Origin: a virus
Lineage: Duplodnaviria; Caudoviricetes
Virus record (IMG/VR): IMGVR_UViG_3300028048_000060
Location: 1-64,000 of that record
Reading direction: 5' to 3' (one strand)
DNA length: 64,000 nt
This document shows, one piece after another, positions 54,530 through 63,365 of this stretch (positions are counted from its first letter, which is position 1; the number at the start of each line of letters is the position of its first letter). The notes beneath the pieces are model-generated. The model saw only the letters and a list, made by a program, of their open reading frames with translations, searched no databases and was not told the DNA's origin. The position numbers were made by a program, and so were the translations under genes.

Positions 54530-55123
54530 ATGAAACTCAATTATATTAAAGAACTTTTTAAAGGCAAATTTTTAGGTCTTTATATAGCAAACTATACTTC
54601 AAATGAAGGAAGAAACAAGGATTATGAGATTATTTCTAGACCCTTAGAGTCTAAAGATGACTTAATGGAAAATGCAAATCCTGACGCAGTAACTATTATA
54701 TGCTATAACAAAGACAGAACTAAGATGCTCATTCAGAAGGAATTTAGAATGACTATCAACGACTTTGTTTGGGACTTTCCTTCAGGTCTTATTGACGAAG
54801 GCGAAACTCCTGATGAAACAGCCATCAGGGAACTCAAGGAAGAGACAGGTCTTGACCTAGTCAAATTTGAAGCTATCTTACCTCCTTGCTATACAAGTGT
54901 AGGGATGTCAAATGAAACAGTAGTCCCAGTTTACTGTATAGCAGAGGGGCAGATTACAGGTTCAGATAGTGACCTGGAAGAAACAGAACCTGTTTGGATT
55001 TCTAAGGAAGAAGCAAGAGCACTTCTTGAAAAGAGTGTTCTTTCAGCTAAGAAGGGAAGACCTTTTATCAGATTTTCAAACAGGGTTTCATCTGAAATTT
55101 ATAGATGGGTATTTGAAGATTAG
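54530..55123 (+). CDS. Nudix hydrolase, ADP-ribose pyrophosphatase-like
   Basis: Nudix box FPSGLIDEGETPDETAIRELKEETG; YTSVGMSNE. Confidence 0.88.
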   Translation: MKLNYIKELFKGKFLGLYIANYTSNEGRNKDYEIISRPLESKDDLMENANPDAVTIICYNKDRTKMLIQKEFRMTINDFVWDFPSGLIDEGETPDETAIRELKEETGLDLVKFEAILPPCYTSVGMSNETVVPVYCIAEGQITGSDSDLEETEPVWISKEEARALLEKSVLSAKKGRPFIRFSNRVSSEIYRWVFED

Positions 55124-55133
55124 GAGAATAACA

Positions 55134-55715
55134 GTGGTTAAGAAAGATATTTTGATTGTTGTTGATATGCAGAATGATTTTATCGACGGAGCACTTGGAA
55201 CTCCTGAGGCTAAGATGATTGTTCCAAATGTCATTGAAAAGATTAAGTCTTATAATAATGTTGATAGTTTCGTATTCGCTACTAGGGATACTCATGATGA
55301 AAATTATTTAGAGACTGAAGAAGGCAAGAATCTTCCTGTTAAGCACTGTGTTCCGTCTCTTTCTGGTTGGTGTATTCATGACGATGTTTATGATGCCCTC
55401 CTGGGATTGGACGAGGAAGTTTATACTTATTATATAAACAAACCTACATTTGGTGCACTCGAGTTAAGTGCAAAACTCAGACAATTAAGTATACTCTATG
55501 ATATTGAAAACATAGAAGTTATTGGTCTTTGTACTGATATCTGTGTTATTAGTAATGCTATAATTGCTAAGTCTGCTCTTCCAAATGCCCATATCAAAGT
55601 AGATGCTTCCTGTTGTGCAGGTGTAACTCCTGAGTCTCACAATAGAGCATTAGATTCAATGCAGACCCTTCAGATAGAGATTGTAAACAGAGGAAAGGAA
55701 CCTTGGATAAAGTAG
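55134..55715 (+). CDS. pncA: nicotinamidase
   Basis: VVDMQNDF, TRDTH, HC, K, GLCTDICV; GTG start after AGGAG; clustered with pncB and nadE. Confidence 0.85.
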   Translation: MVKKDILIVVDMQNDFIDGALGTPEAKMIVPNVIEKIKSYNNVDSFVFATRDTHDENYLETEEGKNLPVKHCVPSLSGWCIHDDVYDALLGLDEEVYTYYINKPTFGALELSAKLRQLSILYDIENIEVIGLCTDICVISNAIIAKSALPNAHIKVDASCCAGVTPESHNRALDSMQTLQIEIVNRGKEPWIK

Positions 55716-56203
55716 GGATAGTATTTGGATGCTTTATTCCACTTCATAAAGGACATCTAAGTCTTGTAGATAAAGCACTTAAAAATGACAAAGTCATCAT
55801 TGGAGTTTGTGGTTATGACTTAGACAGAGGTAAGGATTTTATTCCATTTAAAGACAGAGTAGAACTTATCAAAGAAATCTTTAACGATTTAACTGTTGTC
55901 TCTGTAGATGACCACAAAATTGGACTCACAGGAAAGTTTGACTTAGAATCCTGGAAAGTATGGTGTAATGAACTGTTTAAGAATGCAGATTTAGACCCAT
56001 TAGAAAATGAAATTGCATGGTATCTAGGAGAACAGAGTTATCTTGAAATGCTCAAAACGATATATCCTAAGCATACTTTTGAGTTAGTCGAAAGAGCAGT
56101 TATTCCAGTTTCAGGAACTATGATAAGAGAAAATCCAAAGGAAAATATCAAAGAAATTCATCCAGTGTTTATAGAATATCTAAAAGAAAAGAATATTATC
56201 TAA
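55703..56203 (+). CDS. NMN/NaMN adenylyltransferase (NadR-N/NadM-like)
   Basis: FGCFIPLHKGH (HxGH) and VSGTMIRENP motifs. Confidence 0.8.
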   Translation: MDKVGIVFGCFIPLHKGHLSLVDKALKNDKVIIGVCGYDLDRGKDFIPFKDRVELIKEIFNDLTVVSVDDHKIGLTGKFDLESWKVWCNELFKNADLDPLENEIAWYLGEQSYLEMLKTIYPKHTFELVERAVIPVSGTMIRENPKENIKEIHPVFIEYLKEKNII

Positions 56204-56219
56204 GGAAAAGGAGAAGGGA

Positions 56220-57449
56220 ATGAAATTTGAACCTATTATTAAGTCACTTTTAGAAACTGACCTCTACAAGTTCTCAATGGGTCAGGCAATTTTCCATAAT
56301 GCATCTAAGTACAAGACTACTTGGTCTTTTAAGTGCAGAAACAAAGACGTAAAGTTCACCTTAGAGATGGTCCAGGAAATCAAAGAGCAGATTAAAGCAT
56401 TTTGTAATCTTAGATTTACTGAAGATGAACTGAACTATCTTAAAAGTATCTCATGGTTAGATGAATCTTATATAGACTATCTTCATAACTTTGCCCCTAA
56501 TTTTAAGCATATCTTTATTGGAATGGACTCAGAGTGTGGCCTGTCAGTTGAGACAAAAGGAACTTGGTTAGAGACATCAATGTATGAAATTCCAATCTTA
56601 GCTATTGTAAATGAAGTGTACTTCAGGTCTCAGGATAACTTTGACGAGTTACTTAAAGAGTCTAAGAGAAGAACAGACCAGAAGTTTGAGGACTTAGTAA
56701 GCAACAAGTATTATCTATCAGCATTCTCTGAATTTGGTCTTAGAAGAAGACTTTGTGCAGAAGCACAGGAGTATGTTGTTAAGAAGTTTATCTATCTTAA
56801 TAAGACTATGTCTAAGTCAACTTTTGTTGGAACTTCAAATGTATACTTAGCTAAGAAGTACTCTGAGTTTGGTGTAAGACCAGTTGGCACAATGGCACAT
56901 GAGTGGATTATGTGTATGGGACAGGGGACATTTGGAGTAGACCCTTTAACATCAAATGACTATGCTTTAAAGGTTTGGGTTAAGGAGTATGGGAAGAAGA
57001 ATGGTATTGCTCTGACTGATACTTTAGGGACTAAGTTGTTTAATTTAGACTTTAGTGATGCTTTAGCTTCAGTGTTTGATGGAGTAAGACATGACTCAGG
57101 AGACCCTATCAAGTGGGGTGAAATGGAAATTGAACATTTTAAGAGTCTTGGAATAGACCCATTAACTAAGACTTTGCTGTTCTCAGACTCACTCGACTTT
57201 GAACGAGCAGATATGATAGCTAATCACTTTGAGAACAAAGCAAAGGTAGCATTTGGGATTGGAACATTTTTATCAAATGATACATGCATGAAACCTCTTA
57301 ATATTGTAATGAAGGTAACAGAATGTAATGGTAAGGATGTAGCTAAGATATCAGATTCTGAAGGAAAGGGAATGTGTAAGAATCCTGAGTATGTAGACTG
57401 GTTGAAGAAAGGAATTAGCCTTAGACTAATGTACTCTGAGAAGGATTAG
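56220..57449 (+). CDS. pncB: nicotinate phosphoribosyltransferase
   Basis: ETDLYKFSM, SEFGLRRR, GTSNV, GTMAHEW, GVRHDSGDP, FSDSL, FGIGT, K.SD..GK. Confidence 0.95.
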   Translation: MKFEPIIKSLLETDLYKFSMGQAIFHNASKYKTTWSFKCRNKDVKFTLEMVQEIKEQIKAFCNLRFTEDELNYLKSISWLDESYIDYLHNFAPNFKHIFIGMDSECGLSVETKGTWLETSMYEIPILAIVNEVYFRSQDNFDELLKESKRRTDQKFEDLVSNKYYLSAFSEFGLRRRLCAEAQEYVVKKFIYLNKTMSKSTFVGTSNVYLAKKYSEFGVRPVGTMAHEWIMCMGQGTFGVDPLTSNDYALKVWVKEYGKKNGIALTDTLGTKLFNLDFSDALASVFDGVRHDSGDPIKWGEMEIEHFKSLGIDPLTKTLLFSDSLDFERADMIANHFENKAKVAFGIGTFLSNDTCMKPLNIVMKVTECNGKDVAKISDSEGKGMCKNPEYVDWLKKGISLRLMYSEKD

Positions 57450-57542
57450 AACATCTTTAAATGTTTTAAAATATCTTAAATCTTATATATAAACATCATT
57501 TTAATCCAGTCATTTTTAGACTGGATTTTTTAAGGAGTAACT

Positions 57543-58313
57543 ATGAATACATTTAATCCAAAAGAAGAAAAAGAACGAATCATTAACTTTATCAGAGACT
57601 GGTTCAGTGAAAATGGTCCTAAGGCAAGTGCTGTTATAGGAATCTCAGGAGGAAAGGACTCTACCATAGCAAGTACCCTGTGTGTAGAAGCATTGGGAAA
57701 AGACAGGGTGATTGGAGTCTTAATGCCTAATGGAGTTCAGAAAGACATTGAAGATGCTCTGAGAGTAGTAAAGCATCTTGGTATTAGATATAAAGTAGTT
57801 AATATCAATAATCCTTATAATGAGATGTTAAATGCTCTGACTGCCAACAGTTCTTTTGACTTTGAAATCACAGATGCTTTAAAACAGAATCTTGCTCCAA
57901 GACTCAGAATGGCTACACTGTATGCTGTGGCGCAGGGAGTTCCAGAAGGTGGAAGAGTAATCAATACTTGCAATGCTTCTGAAGACTATGTGGGATACAG
58001 TACTAAGTTTGGTGACAGTGCTGGAGACATTGGTCCTTTAGCTTCATATACTGTTGGCGAAGTAATTCAGATTGGAGACTTACTGGATATCCCTAAGGAC
58101 TTGGTCCATAAGACTCCATCAGATGGATTATGCGGTAAAACAGACGAAGATAACTTGGGATTTACATACAGTGTCTTAGACAAGTACATTATGACTGGAG
58201 TATGCGAAGACCCTAAGGTAAAGGAAAACATAGACAGAAGACACAGACTGAATCTGCATAAGGTTTGTCCGCTTCCAGTTATTGAAAGAATATTTGAAAG
58301 AACACTAATTTAA
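57543..58313 (+). CDS. nadE: NH3-dependent NAD+ synthetase
   Basis: GISGGKDS, N..PRLRM..LY, E.YVGYSTKFGD, PSDGL..TDED.LG; no glutaminase domain. Confidence 0.95.
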   Translation: MNTFNPKEEKERIINFIRDWFSENGPKASAVIGISGGKDSTIASTLCVEALGKDRVIGVLMPNGVQKDIEDALRVVKHLGIRYKVVNINNPYNEMLNALTANSSFDFEITDALKQNLAPRLRMATLYAVAQGVPEGGRVINTCNASEDYVGYSTKFGDSAGDIGPLASYTVGEVIQIGDLLDIPKDLVHKTPSDGLCGKTDEDNLGFTYSVLDKYIMTGVCEDPKVKENIDRRHRLNLHKVCPLPVIERIFERTLI

Positions 58314-58456
58314 ATTATATTATATAAGAGACAATGATTTTTTTATGTCTCTTTTTCATCTAAGGGGTCATTTTGGCCCCTTTCTTAATTTCCAAAATCC
58401 AAGCAAGCACTTAAAAGAGTCTCATCTTCGAATTATATTAAACTATCAAAAGGAAA

Positions 58457-58464
58457 TATAAATA
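58457..58464 (+). promoter_or_regulatory. late promoter
   Basis: TATAAATA. Confidence 0.75.
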
Positions 58465-58505
58465 GTATTAGCATACTAGTATATTAAAACAGAAGGAAAA
58501 CTTAA

Positions 58506-59414
58506 ATGAAATTCAAACAAATCATCAACGAAGGTTCTGAGTCTAAGACAGAACTTCCTGAAAGAGTAAAGCCTAAGAACAACGAAGAGTTCAAGAAAAT
58601 GGTCAGAAACTACATTTCTGTATACAACAAACAGGTAGGGCCTACAGGAAACTTAAACTTCATCGACACGTCTGATATTACTGATATGAGTGGCCTTTTC
58701 GAAGACTGTGACAGGTTCTGGGGCGATATTTCTGAATGGGATACATCTAAAGTAACAGATATGCATAACATGTTCAACTGTTGTTCATTTAATGGTGATA
58801 TCTCTAAGTGGGATGTAAGCAATGTAAGAGATATGAGTTTAATGTTCGCATATGGCTCTTTTAATGGTGATATCTCTAAGTGGAATGTTTCTAAAGTAGA
58901 TAATATGGGTGGAATGTTTAAGAGAAGCAAATTTAATGGAGACCTGAGTCGGTGGAATGTGTCTAAAGTAACGAATATGCACCAGATGTTCCAGAAGTCC
59001 AAGTTTAATGGTGATATCTCCAAGTGGAATGTTTCTAGAGTGGAAAATATGGGCGGAATGTTCGAAGAATCAGCCTTTGCAGGTGATATCTCTAAGTGGG
59101 ATGTTTCTAATGTAGAGAATATGGCTTTTATGTTTAGGAGAAGTCCATTTAATGGAGACCTTAGTAAGTGGGATGTAAGTAATGTCACAAGCATGACCTA
59201 TATGTTTGAAAGATCTGCATTTACAGGCTCTAAGGGCGACATCACTAACTGGGATACTTCCAGTGTGACAGATGTATCCTGTATGTTTGCTTATACTAAG
59301 TTTAATCAGGATGTGTCAAATTGGGATGTATCTAAGGTAAAGGGAGATGATGCTTTGTGGGCCTTTGAAGGATGTCCATTAGAAGGTAAAATCACATTTA
59401 TGAGATTTAAGTGA
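58506..59414 (+). CDS. BspA/DUF285-type repeat protein
   Basis: About 9-10 tandem 22-aa repeats FNGDISKW(D/N)VS.V..M..MF; MKFKQIINE leader; no signal peptide. Confidence 0.9.
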   Translation: MKFKQIINEGSESKTELPERVKPKNNEEFKKMVRNYISVYNKQVGPTGNLNFIDTSDITDMSGLFEDCDRFWGDISEWDTSKVTDMHNMFNCCSFNGDISKWDVSNVRDMSLMFAYGSFNGDISKWNVSKVDNMGGMFKRSKFNGDLSRWNVSKVTNMHQMFQKSKFNGDISKWNVSRVENMGGMFEESAFAGDISKWDVSNVENMAFMFRRSPFNGDLSKWDVSNVTSMTYMFERSAFTGSKGDITNWDTSSVTDVSCMFAYTKFNQDVSNWDVSKVKGDDALWAFEGCPLEGKITFMRFK

Positions 59415-59502
59415 TTTTAAGATTTTAATTCTTTATATCTTATATAAGAGACAATGCTTTATGCTTGTCTCTTTTTTAAAGGAGTTTCAAGACTTCTTTC
59501 TT

Positions 59503-59561
59503 AAAAAGTTTGGGTTTAACCCAAACTTTTTCTTGATTTTTCTCCTTATTTATATTATAAT
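59503..59561 (+). promoter_or_regulatory. early promoter with perfect 14-bp-arm palindrome
   Basis: AAAAAGTTTGGGTT-T-AACCCAAACTTTTT, then TTGATT-17-TATAAT. Confidence 0.85.
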
Positions 59562-59597
59562 ATTATTGTAGACAACATTTATAGTAAGGAGTTCCAA

Positions 59598-59801
59598 ATG
59601 ACCGAAATGAGAATTGACGACCTGATTAGAGAGTTACAGGAAATTAAGAAAAAGCATGGCAACATCAGAGTAGAAGTTCAGTATAGAGATGATGGTGGAG
59701 ACTATTTTGGAACTGATGAAGTACGTTTACATGTCGAAAATGATATTGTAGACTTTGACAAAGACGGAGAAGTTAAAGAAGGAAAGGTTTTAATTTTATA
59801 A
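59598..59801 (+). CDS. hypothetical protein (..LI.EL....HG family)
   Basis: RBS AAGGAG. Confidence 0.6.
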   Translation: MTEMRIDDLIRELQEIKKKHGNIRVEVQYRDDGGDYFGTDEVRLHVENDIVDFDKDGEVKEGKVLIL

Positions 59802-59847
59802 ATACTTTTGTCCTTCTATAACGCACAAAAATTTTAAGGAGATAAAA

Positions 59848-60201
59848 ATGAACGTTGAAAAGGAAATGATTAAGGATATCAAGGAGACTTGCCCATTTTA
59901 CAATGTAGACTTTCCAAAGACTATTTCATGTTCTGAAGTAGAACCTTCTGAGGATGGATATGATTATTATGAAAATGATAACGATAGTGCTGATGGAATG
60001 TTTTGGGATCATGCTTCATTCGAAGGAGATTTTATCTCTGCAGGGTTTACTTGTAAACCTAGCAGACGTGTAATGGGTTATGATATCAAACTGGATGACT
60101 TTGAAATTACTGATGACCCTGATAGCCCAGAAGAATTTGATGTTCTTATTAAAGAATTAGACTTCGTTAAGCAGGTTCTTTTACAATCTGATTATATCTA
60201 G
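59848..60201 (+). CDS. hypothetical acidic protein
   Basis: RBS AAGGAG. Confidence 0.6.
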   Translation: MNVEKEMIKDIKETCPFYNVDFPKTISCSEVEPSEDGYDYYENDNDSADGMFWDHASFEGDFISAGFTCKPSRRVMGYDIKLDDFEITDDPDSPEEFDVLIKELDFVKQVLLQSDYI

Positions 60202-60231
60202 TAAACTCTTTTATTGTAATAGGAGAAAAGA

Positions 60232-60510
60232 ATGAGAATATTTGGAGTTTTTCACAAGTACGATACAGATGGAGGTTTTGGAGATGCTATTTCTCAGAAA
60301 GACCTTATCTGTATCTTTGATTCCTTAGAAAAAGCAGAAGAATTTAAAAAGAAATACGAAAACCCTCATATTTACGAGTGCCCGTACGACGATTTAGAGT
60401 GTGGTGAGTTAGTCATTGAAGAACTTCCTACTTCGTATGACGAGTCTGAGTTTTGGTGGGTTAGAGGTGCTGTTAGGGATGAAGATGAGGATTTCGAAGA
60501 TGAAGATTAA
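60232..60510 (+). CDS. hypothetical acidic protein
   Basis: RBS AGGAG; DGGFGDA motif. Confidence 0.6.
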   Translation: MRIFGVFHKYDTDGGFGDAISQKDLICIFDSLEKAEEFKKKYENPHIYECPYDDLECGELVIEELPTSYDESEFWWVRGAVRDEDEDFEDED

Positions 60511-60949
60511 AGAACTGTTAGAATCATTAAGTAAAATTTCAATTTCAGAAATTAGAATAAATGGATATCATTTTAAGAGTATTGTAGAAGTTTGTAATTC
60601 TATTCTTAAATGGTTAGAAGATTTAGACGTAATGACTTGGGGATTCACTTCTGAAAATGGTGGTTTGGTCTTAATTATTCATACCGAAGAATCCCAAGAC
60701 TCTGAAGAGGACTCTGAAGATGAAGAAAACGAAGAGAAAGAACTTACTGTATCAGATGTTTTAGAAAACATCCATTTTGATGATGAAAATACTATAGTCA
60801 TCTATGATAAAACTGATGGCAAAGTATATGACTCAGATGAAGATGATGTATTTGTCCTATGCGAGTTTTTGTGCTTAGATGTTAAAGAGTACGTTCAGAT
60901 TCATAGAGGTAAACATCAAATTATTGAAATCCATCTAAAGTGTTATTAA
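60500..60949 (+). CDS. hypothetical protein with two copies of the small family domain
   Basis: ATG 60500 after GAGGA; MKIKELL and LTVSDVL units. Confidence 0.6.
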   Translation: MKIKELLESLSKISISEIRINGYHFKSIVEVCNSILKWLEDLDVMTWGFTSENGGLVLIIHTEESQDSEEDSEDEENEEKELTVSDVLENIHFDDENTIVIYDKTDGKVYDSDEDDVFVLCEFLCLDVKEYVQIHRGKHQIIEIHLKCY

Positions 60950-60984
60950 AAATGTGTTTTGTTATAGAGAGAAAGGAGATTTAA

Positions 60985-61455
60985 ATGATTGTTAGCGAAC
61001 TTATTAAAACTATGGCTGAGGATTTTAGAGAAAGTCTTTGGGATATCTTTATTGACGACTTAGAAATCGAGGAAGTTGAAGAATCTAAGAATGGTTATGA
61101 TGGACTCTTAAACGAAGAAGTTCATGACTGGTACATTGAACCTCCTTATACTAATGGTAAGTTCTTCGTAATGAAGATGTGTATCTATACTAAGAAATAC
61201 CACAAGGATACTTGGGACGAAGATACCGAAACTGTAAAGGAGTTTTTAAGAAGAACAAAAGACTCGCATGATGGTTTCAAAGCGATAGTTTATGACCCTG
61301 ATGAAAACGAATGTTTAAGTTTTACTATTTCTAAGGAATCATATCTTGAATTTGAAAAGACAGTTTCTGAAAAGATATTAGAAAGAATTGTTTCTTCTGA
61401 ACATTTTGATTTTTGTGAGCATGTTATACATATCTATTCTAAAGAGGAAGAGTAA
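60985..61455 (+). CDS. hypothetical protein with two copies of the small family domain
   Basis: RBS AAGGAG; MIVSELI and TVKEFL units. Confidence 0.6.
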   Translation: MIVSELIKTMAEDFRESLWDIFIDDLEIEEVEESKNGYDGLLNEEVHDWYIEPPYTNGKFFVMKMCIYTKKYHKDTWDEDTETVKEFLRRTKDSHDGFKAIVYDPDENECLSFTISKESYLEFEKTVSEKILERIVSSEHFDFCEHVIHIYSKEEE

Positions 61456-61457
61456 TT

Positions 61458-61748
61458 ATGCGAAATATCGAGTTTGTTAGCTACACTGGAGAATATCCAT
61501 GTCTATGTATGGGAACTCTTACTTTAAAGATAGATGGAAAGGAAATGTCTTTTAAGGGTGGATTCCATTCAGGAGGAACCTGTTTCTTCGATGAAGACTG
61601 GAATGACCATGTCACTGAAGGTGACTGGGAGATAGATTTTGACTATCCTGAATGGGAAGAATTAAATCTCACAGATGAAGAAAAGGAAGAAATTACATTT
61701 TTATTTAATGTAAACGTTGAGCATGGATGTTGCGGAGGATGTTTATAG
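61458..61748 (+). CDS. hypothetical Cys-rich protein
   Basis: YPCLCMG...SGG...GCCGGCL C-terminus. Confidence 0.65.
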   Translation: MRNIEFVSYTGEYPCLCMGTLTLKIDGKEMSFKGGFHSGGTCFFDEDWNDHVTEGDWEIDFDYPEWEELNLTDEEKEEITFLFNVNVEHGCCGGCL

Positions 61749-61776
61749 ACAAACAGTCTGTATAGGAGATTAAAGA

Positions 61777-62685
61777 ATGAAATTCAATGAAACATTAGAA
61801 AAAGAACAGAACTGGAAAGAATTTAAACTCACAGACAAGTGGACAACTGTGTTCGTAGAGTCTCCTGATACTATTTCCCACGAAGACACTGTGTCTATGA
61901 TAATGAGAAATGAGTCTATGTTTTACTGGGGTTCAGGAAATGATGATGAATTTAGAAACTTCTGTCGTGACTATGTGAGAGTCCCTAAGAAAATCCCTGA
62001 CTGGATTCAATCGTCTTTAAGAGACAATCCCGACAACTCTGAAGTCTTAGAATTCTTAGAAAATACATATGAGTCTAAACTTAAAGAGTTTAGAACTAAG
62101 TGGAATCAGAATCCAAATCCTGGTATCTTCGAAGTAGAACTGTTTGGAAGTTCATTTGTAGGTGGTCCTTACTCATTTGTTAATTACAAGACTAACAAAG
62201 TGGGGAAAGTTGAGTCCATTGGGAAGTGGGTAGAGTCCTTAGAAGAGTGTGAAGAAGAACTGTTATGGTTTGCAAAGACTTATCCACAGTATAAGTTCTT
62301 TGTCACATTTATGACTTCTGAAGATGGATATGGTTATGAAAATCATCATAATGCTTTTACACTTAGACTGTTTAATGGAAAAGTAGAAGTAGTTAAGACT
62401 AGAACAGAGAAAGAAACTGAGTATCTTTATAAGATAAACCATCTTAAAGGCTCTACTTGTGCCAAGAAACTTTCTTGGATAACAGATGTCTTATATAGAC
62501 TAAGATATTATAGACTTAGAAACTTCGTTGTTTCTTTGTCTGATAAGATTCTTAACAAGGAAGAGGAAAATGAGTATATCCGAATGGAGAGATTTTTCGA
62601 GCATAGAGATGAAAAGTATTTTGACAAAGCACATGCTCGTATGGTTATGGACGAATGGCTCTATATGTTAAGAAATAAGTCTTAG
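61777..62685 (+). CDS. hypothetical protein
   Basis: 302-aa ORF; RBS AGGAG. Confidence 0.7.
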   Translation: MKFNETLEKEQNWKEFKLTDKWTTVFVESPDTISHEDTVSMIMRNESMFYWGSGNDDEFRNFCRDYVRVPKKIPDWIQSSLRDNPDNSEVLEFLENTYESKLKEFRTKWNQNPNPGIFEVELFGSSFVGGPYSFVNYKTNKVGKVESIGKWVESLEECEEELLWFAKTYPQYKFFVTFMTSEDGYGYENHHNAFTLRLFNGKVEVVKTRTEKETEYLYKINHLKGSTCAKKLSWITDVLYRLRYYRLRNFVVSLSDKILNKEEENEYIRMERFFEHRDEKYFDKAHARMVMDEWLYMLRNKS

Positions 62686-62736
62686 AGAATCTCCCAAGGA
62701 CTGATAAATAAAAAATAATCATGCTTTAGAGGTATA

Positions 62737-63189
62737 ATGATGAAATTTAAGAACTTAAACGAAGCAAACACCAAACTGTATATGATGCTATCATGTGAAG
62801 ATGGAATTTTTGCAGGAAGTGGCAAGATAAGTGACCTGTGGTCCTTTGCGATGGAAAAAGTAGATAGATGCGGATTAATGGGAAGCAGTATCTATTATAT
62901 GCGTGTAGTATATGAAGATGGCACTTCATTTGTAACAGATAAGCAACTGGCATTATTTAAGTTTATAAGAGACTTTAAGACTGAAACTGTGATGAATAGG
63001 TTTAAACAGTCTGTTGAGAGAGACAGTCCTCTATATATCGAGTTTGTTACAGATTCCATTTGCTTTAGAATTGGAACACAAGACAAGTTTGAAGTATTTG
63101 ACGAAGACGATGAGCCATGTGATATATCAAAAATAGCAAAGGGCTCTGTCAAAAAACTCAATGGTTTCTTTTTTGACCAAATCATCTAA
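62737..63189 (+). CDS. hypothetical protein, candidate internal head protein
   Basis: MMKFKNLNEA leader; GATAAATA late-promoter variant at 62703-62710. Confidence 0.55.
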   Translation: MMKFKNLNEANTKLYMMLSCEDGIFAGSGKISDLWSFAMEKVDRCGLMGSSIYYMRVVYEDGTSFVTDKQLALFKFIRDFKTETVMNRFKQSVERDSPLYIEFVTDSICFRIGTQDKFEVFDEDDEPCDISKIAKGSVKKLNGFFFDQII

Positions 63190-63301
63190 ACTTCTGGATC
63201 ACAAGACGCTGAAGTCTGGGATTAATCCATAAATCACATTCAAGAAAATTCTATGTCACAAATAAGCCAACAAAAAGTTTGTTGGCTTTTTCATTATCAT
63301 C

Positions 63302-63365
63302 GCATTAAAGCATTTAAGCATTTAAGCATTTAAGCATTTAAGCATTAAAGCATTAAAGCATTTAA
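63302..63365. repeat. 8 x 8-bp tandem repeat GCATT(T/A)AA
   Basis: Read directly from the sequence. Confidence 0.95.

Noticed and set aside
54969-55133. N-terminal extension of PncA in the ORF track
   Set aside because: Overlaps the Nudix gene; RBS and family alignment support the GTG at 55134
58610-59194. 194-aa antisense ORF, and similar antisense ORFs at 2668, 12924, 28357, 40132 and 50230
   Set aside because: Shadow frames of real genes with no RBS or independent motifs
58700-59340. Diversity-generating retroelement or CRISPR-like DNA repeats
   Set aside because: The repeats are the 66-bp coding units of the BspA-type protein; no reverse transcriptase or adenine-specific TR/VR pair was seen
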